Shown piece by piece: positions 46,913-54,636 of a stretch of 64,000 bases of DNA (positions are counted from its first letter, which is position 1; every line of letters begins with the position of its first letter). A program made the translations under genes and the position numbers. Location of the stretch: contig CAMAWP010000002.1 of the NCBI GenBank assembly GCA_945861765.1, positions 585 through 64,584 on the forward strand. Reading direction: 5' to 3'. The notes under the pieces are model-generated. The model was given only the letters and a program-made list of their open reading frames with translations. It did no database searches and was not told where the DNA came from. Origin of the DNA: Akkermansia muciniphila. GTDB lineage: Bacteria > Verrucomicrobiota > Verrucomicrobiia > Limisphaerales > SIBE01.

Positions 46913-49900
46913 ATGAAAGCACACATTACAAGCGTCCTTATCCTCTCCCTTGCGCTGGCCCACTCGGCGATGGCGCAGAACAAGCCGGGCAATCCGGAAG
47001 ACAATGGCCTGACCCCTAAGACCGAGACGAGCTACGTTAACTCGCCACCGGACGATCTGAACAACGGAAAGCTCGAAAGTTTGGGAGTCTCCGTTTCGAG
47101 CAATGGCAATGTGATCGTCGGCTGGGAAGACGATGGTGATGGAATCACTGACTTCGAGGCGGTGTGGATGCTTTTAGACTCAGTGGGCAAGCGCCTCAAC
47201 ACGGATGCTCTGATTAAATCGGTGGACGGCACGAGCGTTACGACGAAATACCGCGCCTTTTTCCGGAAGGATGGCAGCCCCGTCTCGGGCAATACCGCTT
47301 GGGGTCCTAAGATCAAAGCGAACCTCTTTGGCGATGGCATCGGTTTGGGGGCGACGGCTTATGGTCTCGGTCTGGAAGTCCCAGAATTGGCCGCTCTTCA
47401 GACAACACCGGCCGGTGACGCGGGTGACTTTCCCGCTGTTCAGTTGCTCACCAACGATGGCAAACCGATCGCGATCGTTTCCGGTTTGAGTGACAAGGAC
47501 GCAGATCCGGATGGAGATGTGCGCATCGGCGATTGGGAGTATCTAGCCAACGGGAATGTGGTGATCGTCGGTGAAAGTCGGCAGAAGGACGACTTGGTGA
47601 ACCGATGGAAGGGCGCTGCCCCTGGGAATCATGCTGTCTATCGAATCGTCGATCAGACTGGCAAAGAAGTCGTGCCGCTTGCATTGGTCGGCGCGACTCC
47701 GGATGCCAACGAAATCTGGCATGGTGTTGGGGTGACCAAAAACGGATTTGCGGTTCGTTTCGGCCAAGGAGGCGCCAAAGTTCGAATGTTCAATAACAGT
47801 GGCGTTCCTGTCAGCACCAATATTGATGTAGGCGCTCTCACTGGAAAAGCGATCGCGGCAGGGGGCGGTCGAGGCGACGGCTCAGGATTCCACGGGAATG
47901 GCAATGATGCGTATGTTTTGACAAATAGCGGGACTGACGACCAAGGCGCCAAGCAGGTTTGGCTGACGGTTCTCAACACGAACGGAACCGTGCGTTTTTC
48001 ACGCGCAGTGGCCGACGATTTGACGCTGACTGGTCCTGACCGGGTGGATGCGGCGATTGATTCGTCCGGTCGCGTGTTGGCAGTCTTTGATGATCCGAGC
48101 GCGAGCGCATCGGGAAACCGCCTTGTCTTGGGGCGTATGTTCGATGACAAGGGCAACCCGCTTGGAAAGACATTTTTCGTGAGTGAGAAGGAAACCGACG
48201 GAACGGCCAGCGCAGACTCACGGGATCCTCGCGCTGCTTGGCGCGGCGGTCTCGCCGCTGTCGTTTGGGAGAGCAAGAACAATCCGGACAGCCCGGACAA
48301 GGCCGTGGTGGGGGTGCGGCTGTTCAGCACCTTTGAACCTGGAAGCGCCGAGTCAGCGGGGCTCAAGCGCGTTGTTTCCGATACCGCAGCCATTAATCCT
48401 GGTGTTGATTCGTTGGATAACTGGGAACCCTACATCAGCGTTCTGGGGAACAGCACGTTCTTGATTGAAGCCAACACCTTTGCGGATGGCTCCACTGGAG
48501 AGCAGCGCTATGTTGTGGCGTTTCAGCCGGCCGATGGAAAACCGATGAAACGGGGTGAAGGATTTTACACCGACGCCGGACAGCCGTTCAAGGGGTCGAT
48601 TAACCTGTCCCGTCAGAATGGGAACCCTGGCCGCGTCGCGGGCGACAGGCGGCCCGGCGCTGTCAACTTCATGGTTGGCGCAGAGACGTCCGTTCATAGC
48701 CTTCCGGAATTTCAAGCTGACAAGCGCTGGACATTGGGATTTCTCCGTGCGACGGACGCTCGATTTGCCACGGTGGAGATTTTCAAGTTGGATGCTGCTT
48801 CGCTGGCGCAGACTCCGTTAACCAAGGCCATCGACCCAGTTAACGGGCGCTTGACGAGTGGCGATGCCTCGGGCATCGGGCAGCTCGGACGTTTTGGAGG
48901 TGACATCGCAGTCCTCGATAATGGGAACTTCGTCGTTGCCATCGATGACCGCTCCCAAATCCGTGACGCCGCAAACATCACCACAGCCGTTGTCATCGCG
49001 CCGGACGGCTCGGTTGTGAAGGAAAGCTTCGTTGTGGATAAACAAGATATCTGGTCCAACGTGACATCCTACAAAGGTGGCTTCGCCGTGCGCGTCCACA
49101 ATATCATCTACTTTTTTGATAACAGCGGAACGGCGACAGGCAAAGCGGATCAAAGCAGCTCTGGCGCGAGCTTCGATGGAGGCCGCGGCGACGGCACTCG
49201 GATCGCTGGCCACATCAACAGCCCATACGTTTACCTGGCTGGCCGTGTCACCGGAGGAAACATTGTGAAGGTCGCTGCATTCGATTCTCGCGACCAAAAA
49301 TTTGTTGCGATTGGCGATGTCAGTGAACCCGGGTTTGCAGGCGACTTCGACCGAGTCACTATCGCATCGGACGCGCTGAACCGGTTGATCGTGGCTTGGG
49401 TTTCCAAACCGCCAGGCTACGAGAAGGAGCAAGTTGCAGGGCGAGTCCTATCTTTCGATGCTACCAAGAAGACAATCGCGCCGATCACGAAGAGCTTCTT
49501 TGCCTTCGTCAATAATGCGAAGGCGGGCATTCGCTCCTTAGGGATGAGCGTCGCGATGACAACCAAAGAGATCTGCATCGCCGCCAAAGGCGAAATCAAC
49601 CTGCAAAACAAACCCGAATTGGGGCCGAATTCTCCGACACAACTCGACTTTTATACGGTCCTCAGTCATCCAGATCCTAAGGATGATCCGACGCCGCCCG
49701 TGGGCGCGACGGGTGGCGGTGGTGGTGGCCTTCCACAGATTCCGCTTCCCGCAGCCGCCAACCTCAAGCTGTGGCTGAGCGCCGATAAGGGTGTGACTGC
49801 CACTGCTGGCAGCGTGAGCGCGTGGGGGGACCAATCCGGAAACTTGAACAATGCCCTGCAAACCGACACCACGGCTCGTCCGCAACTCGTGGACAATGCT

Positions 49901-50644
49901 GTGAACAACAAGCCTGTGATCCGCTTCGACGGCATTAACGATTATCTGCTCGTGCCCCACTCCCCGAGCATTGCAATCGCGGGCGATATCACGACCTTCT
50001 TCGTCGTCAAGTTCGATGACTTCGCGACATTCCGTGCCGTCTGGGCCAAGACCCTCGTGAATCAACCCGGGCCCAACGATTGGTACGCATTGCCCAACAC
50101 CGGCATCCCGCGGGCTTATCGCGGCAACGGCATAGGGGCGAACGGTTCGGTGGACGGAACCACGCCGCTCAACGCGGGCGAATACCTCATCCCGGGCTTC
50201 GACATGGCGGGGCCGACGCTGCACCACTATCTCAATGGCAAGCCGTCCGGCGAAGGCCGGATTACCGCGGCGATCGTTGACGCCGGGACGCGGCTGCTGA
50301 TTGGCACACGCGACGATCTTTTCACGAAGATGAAAGGCGACATCGCCGAGATCATCATTTACGACACTGCGCTCTCCGAGGCGGACCGTAGCTTAGTGGT
50401 GAGCTACCTCGGCAACAAATACGGCATTCCCGTGACTGCCAGCCTCCCGCAGCCGCCACTCGCAGTCAGCCGTTCCGGCAACAGCATCACCATCTCGTGG
50501 CCGCAGGCTGCCACCGGATTCACGCTCCAATCGGCGGCTGCCTTGCCAGCCACCGCGTGGCAAGCCGTGCCTGGTGTCGTGAATAACAGCGTCACTGTGG
50601 TCCCGGGCGCCGGAAACACATTCTACCGGCTCAACAAACAGTAA
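46913..50644 (+). CDS. large secreted protein with a C-terminal LamG/concanavalin-like lectin domain
   Basis: 1243-aa ORF. Signal peptide MKAHITSVLILSLALAHSAMAQ. Recurrent beta-strand-like motifs (NGNVIVGWEDD, NGNVVIVGES, GRVLAVFDD, NGNFVVAIDD, NRLIVAWVS). Gly-rich linker. LamG-like WGDQSGNLNNA...KPVIRFDG...GDIAEIIIYDTALSEADR. The terminal beta domain ends in FYRLNKQ. Confidence 0.75.
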   Translation: MKAHITSVLILSLALAHSAMAQNKPGNPEDNGLTPKTETSYVNSPPDDLNNGKLESLGVSVSSNGNVIVGWEDDGDGITDFEAVWMLLDSVGKRLNTDALIKSVDGTSVTTKYRAFFRKDGSPVSGNTAWGPKIKANLFGDGIGLGATAYGLGLEVPELAALQTTPAGDAGDFPAVQLLTNDGKPIAIVSGLSDKDADPDGDVRIGDWEYLANGNVVIVGESRQKDDLVNRWKGAAPGNHAVYRIVDQTGKEVVPLALVGATPDANEIWHGVGVTKNGFAVRFGQGGAKVRMFNNSGVPVSTNIDVGALTGKAIAAGGGRGDGSGFHGNGNDAYVLTNSGTDDQGAKQVWLTVLNTNGTVRFSRAVADDLTLTGPDRVDAAIDSSGRVLAVFDDPSASASGNRLVLGRMFDDKGNPLGKTFFVSEKETDGTASADSRDPRAAWRGGLAAVVWESKNNPDSPDKAVVGVRLFSTFEPGSAESAGLKRVVSDTAAINPGVDSLDNWEPYISVLGNSTFLIEANTFADGSTGEQRYVVAFQPADGKPMKRGEGFYTDAGQPFKGSINLSRQNGNPGRVAGDRRPGAVNFMVGAETSVHSLPEFQADKRWTLGFLRATDARFATVEIFKLDAASLAQTPLTKAIDPVNGRLTSGDASGIGQLGRFGGDIAVLDNGNFVVAIDDRSQIRDAANITTAVVIAPDGSVVKESFVVDKQDIWSNVTSYKGGFAVRVHNIIYFFDNSGTATGKADQSSSGASFDGGRGDGTRIAGHINSPYVYLAGRVTGGNIVKVAAFDSRDQKFVAIGDVSEPGFAGDFDRVTIASDALNRLIVAWVSKPPGYEKEQVAGRVLSFDATKKTIAPITKSFFAFVNNAKAGIRSLGMSVAMTTKEICIAAKGEINLQNKPELGPNSPTQLDFYTVLSHPDPKDDPTPPVGATGGGGGGLPQIPLPAAANLKLWLSADKGVTATAGSVSAWGDQSGNLNNALQTDTTARPQLVDNAVNNKPVIRFDGINDYLLVPHSPSIAIAGDITTFFVVKFDDFATFRAVWAKTLVNQPGPNDWYALPNTGIPRAYRGNGIGANGSVDGTTPLNAGEYLIPGFDMAGPTLHHYLNGKPSGEGRITAAIVDAGTRLLIGTRDDLFTKMKGDIAEIIIYDTALSEADRSLVVSYLGNKYGIPVTASLPQPPLAVSRSGNSITISWPQAATGFTLQSAAALPATAWQAVPGVVNNSVTVVPGAGNTFYRLNKQ

Positions 50645-50702
50645 AACGACCTTAAGCCTTGCAAAACATCGGCTAAGTTAAAATCCTCATACGAATTGAA
50701 CG

Positions 50703-50738
50703 ACGGAAGGGCGCGAACCAGGTGCTCTTCCGTTTTTT
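50703..50738 (+). terminator. rho-independent terminator candidate
   Basis: acggaagggc (50703-50712) pairs with gctcttccgt (50724-50733), including one G-T wobble. The loop is 11 nt, followed by T6 (50733-50738). It lies 58 nt after the stop of the 1243-aa CDS. Confidence 0.6.
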
Positions 50739-50783
50739 CATCTCTCTGTGGTTCCTTAGGTAAGCTCGATTGACAACTGATTT

Positions 50784-52130
50784 ATGAGCGTTCGCGTTCG
50801 TTTTGCTCCAAGCCCCACCGGGTTCCTCCACATTGGAGGTGCCCGCACGGCTCTCTTCAATTGGCTGTATGCCCGCCATACCGGCGGAACATTTATCCTC
50901 CGGATCGAGGACACCGACACCGCTCGTAACACGCAGGAAGCAGTCGAAGTCATTTTGACTGGGTTGCGCTGGCTCGGTCTGGACTGGGATGAGGGACCGG
51001 TCGAAAGCCGAGCCGATGGGCCCAGTAAAGGAGACCGAAGCCCTTACTTCCAATCGCAGCGCGGCCATATTTATCAGAAGCGCGTTCAGGAGTTGAAGGA
51101 CAAAGGCTTCGCTTACGAGGATGAAGGGGCTGTCAAATTCAGAATGCAACGCGAGCCGATCGTCATTCCCGATTTGATTGTTGGCGATGTGACCCGCTTG
51201 CTCACCGACCGGGAAGAACTGGAGCCCGATTTCGTCATCGTTCGCTCCGATGGCCAGCCAGTTTTCCATTTGGTCAATGTCGTCGATGATTTGGAAATGC
51301 AAATCACCCACGTCCTTCGTGGTGAGGACCATCTCACCAACACCGCGAAGCACATCGCGCTGTTTCGTGCGTTCGGGGTCGAGCCGCCGAAATATGCTCA
51401 TATCCCGCTGATCCTGAATATCGATGGAACCAAGATGAGCAAGCGCGACAAGGGCGCTTCACTCACGGCGTATATGGCGGAAGGATATGTTCCCGAGGCA
51501 GTCGTGAATTATCTTTATCTGCTGGGCTGGTCGCCGAAAGGCAATCGGGAAATCGTGCCGATGGAAGAAGTGATTCAGCTTTTCGACCTGCCACAAATCT
51601 TACGACACAATGCCCGTTTTGACATGGATAAACTCCAGTGGATGAACTGGGAGTACATTCGTGCCATGAGCCCAACGCGGTTCAATGAACTTGCGATTCC
51701 AGCACTTCACAAGGCTGGCTTGAGCACCTCAGGATTCGATTCCTCCTACATCCATGAGGCATTGGCCACTTGTAAGGAAAAGGTCAAGTTGCTTTCCGAC
51801 GTTCCTGCTTTTACCGATTTTTATTTCGTTCCCGAGCTAGCTTATGATCCGGACGCCGCCGCGAAATATTTCGTCGCTGGAAACAAAGGCCGTTTGTTGA
51901 AGTTACGGGATGACTTCGCTGAGCTAACAAATTTTGACGCCGATCTGTTGCAGACGACTTTGAAGAAGGTCGCCGCAGAACTTGGTATTAAAGTGGGGGA
52001 GCTTGTTCATCCGCTCCGGCTCGCTTGCACCGGGAAGACGATCGGGCCGAGCCTTTACCATCTAATGACGGTGCTGGGCAAAGACTGTGTTCTAAAAAGG
52101 TTGGACGAAGCAGTGGCACGGATGGGCTAG
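50784..52130 (+). CDS. gltX: glutamate--tRNA ligase
   Basis: 448-aa ORF. HIGH-type motif PSPTGFLHIGGARTALFN. KMSKS-type motif GTKMSKRD. Confidence 0.93.
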   Translation: MSVRVRFAPSPTGFLHIGGARTALFNWLYARHTGGTFILRIEDTDTARNTQEAVEVILTGLRWLGLDWDEGPVESRADGPSKGDRSPYFQSQRGHIYQKRVQELKDKGFAYEDEGAVKFRMQREPIVIPDLIVGDVTRLLTDREELEPDFVIVRSDGQPVFHLVNVVDDLEMQITHVLRGEDHLTNTAKHIALFRAFGVEPPKYAHIPLILNIDGTKMSKRDKGASLTAYMAEGYVPEAVVNYLYLLGWSPKGNREIVPMEEVIQLFDLPQILRHNARFDMDKLQWMNWEYIRAMSPTRFNELAIPALHKAGLSTSGFDSSYIHEALATCKEKVKLLSDVPAFTDFYFVPELAYDPDAAAKYFVAGNKGRLLKLRDDFAELTNFDADLLQTTLKKVAAELGIKVGELVHPLRLACTGKTIGPSLYHLMTVLGKDCVLKRLDEAVARMG

Positions 52131-53452
52131 GGCGAGGCGACGGGTGTTGGCGATCCGCTTCTGCTTCTAAATCGGGGATTTTGTTCAGGAAATTCGACAG
52201 GCTGCAGATCGTTTATCACCCACTGGTAGCGCTCAACACTCCTGAGATCGTGGAGAGACTTGCCATCGATCCGTCGTTCCTGCACCTCGAAAACGATGCG
52301 GGCAGCCTCGGCGAGCATGGGAGGGATGACATGGCGTTTAACCGGATCGTCGAAGCTCAAGCCGGGACCTTTCTGTATCTCGGTCAACCACGGATGGAGT
52401 TGGTCGTCCAGAATGATGTCGGTGCCATAGACTCCAAAGCAGTCGCCTTGCTTTGGATAGTCTGTGGACAGTTTTGAGTGTGCCGCTCTGGCTACCCAGG
52501 CCAGAATGCGTCTGAGCTGGGGGATGAGCTCCGTCTCGATGAAGTCGGGAGGAGCCACGCCAAGGTCTTTGTTGAGGTAAGTTGCCAGATCGTTGAAACG
52601 CCATTTCAGCACAACAGAGGGATCGTAGTTCGGGTGGTTTTTCTGCTGATAGACATTGGTCACATGGATGAGCTGATTATCGAAATCGTCCAGTTGAAAA
52701 GGTAGGCTGTTGAGCCGAACTGTTCCCTCCGGATACATCAGGACAAGAAATGGATCGAGGTTCGCCACGACCCAATAGATCCGGATTTCGGACTTACGCC
52801 CATCAAGGAGCAGCGGGTTGCGAATGTATCGCTGGATGATGCCCTGCTGGTCGGGATCGGTGATGGGCTGGTTGCCAAGCTTGCGGTACCGGCGCTCCAT
52901 CTTGCCGAAACGCCACATGATTTCGATACCGCGACCACGGGATTCGTTCCCCGGTTTGTATATCCAGAGGTTGTCTCGACGATCGATCTTTGGGAGCTGT
53001 GAGAAAAAAGCTTGGCGCTCCGTTGGATCGTAGAGCCTGTAGCTTTCCTGATAGAAGTCGGAAAGGCTCATTCCGCCATCGCTGGGGGAGGCATCGTGTC
53101 GTTTCAGGTTCTCGGTGAGGAACCCTTTGTTGATCATGGCTTCTTCATTCGGGAAGTGATTGATGAGCTGAAATGGATGGAGAGCGGGGTACAGCTCCTC
53201 GTAATTCTTGCGTATCCATAGCATATCGGCTGTGAGATCGCTCGCCAGGGGCAAACCTTCCTGGCAAAAAGCGTCGCGAGCGCACTCCGAGCCAGCGTCG
53301 CAGAAGATGCGGTTCGTGACTTGGTGTTCCGATCTCCTCCAAACAAACAGCGTTAAGCCCGTATTCGGAAGGTCAATGGAGTCGAATAAAATAGGGGGCT
53401 CGGGGCGAAACAACGAAAACAAGAAATTCATGACTCGATATTGCGATGCCAT
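52127..53452 (-). CDS. tubulin-tyrosine-ligase-like (TTL family, ATP-grasp) protein
   Basis: 441-aa ORF. TTL-type series LWIYKPGNESRGRGIEIM, IIQRYIRNPLLLDGRKSEIRIYWVV, LIHVTNVYQQK, FGVYGTDIILDDQLHPWLTEIQKGPGL. Its stop overlaps the gltX stop in the palindrome CTAG (52127-52130). Confidence 0.75.
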   Translation of the reverse strand: MASQYRVMNFLFSLFRPEPPILFDSIDLPNTGLTLFVWRRSEHQVTNRIFCDAGSECARDAFCQEGLPLASDLTADMLWIRKNYEELYPALHPFQLINHFPNEEAMINKGFLTENLKRHDASPSDGGMSLSDFYQESYRLYDPTERQAFFSQLPKIDRRDNLWIYKPGNESRGRGIEIMWRFGKMERRYRKLGNQPITDPDQQGIIQRYIRNPLLLDGRKSEIRIYWVVANLDPFLVLMYPEGTVRLNSLPFQLDDFDNQLIHVTNVYQQKNHPNYDPSVVLKWRFNDLATYLNKDLGVAPPDFIETELIPQLRRILAWVARAAHSKLSTDYPKQGDCFGVYGTDIILDDQLHPWLTEIQKGPGLSFDDPVKRHVIPPMLAEAARIVFEVQERRIDGKSLHDLRSVERYQWVINDLQPVEFPEQNPRFRSRSGSPTPVASP

Positions 53453-53531
53453 AAAACCATAGCTTTAAGATTTTCAAAATGTCAACAGCTCCGGAATTTT
53501 TTCACAGCAGCGACATGACAAGCAAGGCTGG

Positions 53532-54491
53532 CTAGGCCCGGGGATGGGCTTGATCGTAAGCGCGTTTCAATCTGTCCGTCGTGACGTGGGTATAAACTTG
53601 CGTTGTAACCAGGTGCGCGTGACCGAGCAGTTCTTGCACGCTGCGCAAGTCAGCGCCGGCGTCCAACAGATGGGTGGCGTAGCTGTGCCGGAGCTTGTGC
53701 GGCGTCAAACCTGGGTCGAGACAAGCAATTTCGAGATAACGTTTCAGGCGCAGTTGCACCAGCCGTGGATACATCGCAGCTCGCTTCTGTTCCGCGGCAA
53801 GGAAAGCAGGCGTCTCTGCGACGGGAGCCACCTGCAGGTTCTTCCAGTAATGACGAACGGCTTCCAGAGCCGGCGCTCCGATCGGCACCAACCTTTCCTT
53901 CCTGCCTTTGCCCCGAACGCGGACGAGCTGTTCGTCCCAATAAAAATCCTGTGCTGTCAGGCCGCACAATTCACTAATCCGCAGCCCGCACGAATAAATG
54001 GTTTCTAAAATAGCAACATCGCGGAGGTAAGGAGCCTCGGCAACCGGATCATCGGAACTCTGTTTCAGTGCCACCAGTTCTTGCAGAGGCGCCTTTAATA
54101 AGGCCAACATTTGCGCGGCGGTGAGGAAGCGGGGTAACCGTTTTTCGAGTTTTGGCAGCGTGATGTTCTTGATGGGCGAGACATTAAGAGCGCCTCGCCG
54201 GATCAGGAATTTATAGAATGATCGTAATGCAGAAAATCGGAGTCGCGTGGCGGCTCGGCTCAGTTTCTTGCGGCCGAGAAAGCGGAGATAGCCCCGAAAA
54301 TCATCCCGTTGCAAGTCAGGCCAGGATGGAGCGTGTTGCTGTTCCCGATGAAACCAGCCGTAAAATGCAGCCAGGGCTTGCCTATAGTTGCGCTGGGTAT
54401 AAACCGATGCTCCACGGTCCGCAGCGAGGTGCTGCAGAAAATCAGCGACCCACTTGTCTTTCAGGATGGCTACGGCAGACTCTTCGGACAT
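53532..54491 (-). CDS. xerC: tyrosine site-specific recombinase, XerC/XerD type
   Basis: 319-aa ORF. N-terminal SAM-like FLQHLAADRGASVYTQRNYRQAL. Catalytic ...RISE..., HKLRHSYATHLL, and LGHAHLVTTQVYTHV. XerC and XerD cannot be told apart by eye. Confidence 0.85.
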   Translation of the reverse strand: MSEESAVAILKDKWVADFLQHLAADRGASVYTQRNYRQALAAFYGWFHREQQHAPSWPDLQRDDFRGYLRFLGRKKLSRAATRLRFSALRSFYKFLIRRGALNVSPIKNITLPKLEKRLPRFLTAAQMLALLKAPLQELVALKQSSDDPVAEAPYLRDVAILETIYSCGLRISELCGLTAQDFYWDEQLVRVRGKGRKERLVPIGAPALEAVRHYWKNLQVAPVAETPAFLAAEQKRAAMYPRLVQLRLKRYLEIACLDPGLTPHKLRHSYATHLLDAGADLRSVQELLGHAHLVTTQVYTHVTTDRLKRAYDQAHPRA

Positions 54492-54636
54492 TCGAGCAGG
54501 TTAGGGCCTGACAACCTGAATGTCGAACACCGGCCTTCGAACAAAGGCTCAAACAGTAAACACTTCCTTGAACTCTGAGACGTTCGGTGTTGGCTGTCTA
54601 ATTTCTTGGTCGCGGTGCATCCTCGGCACCTCCTGC

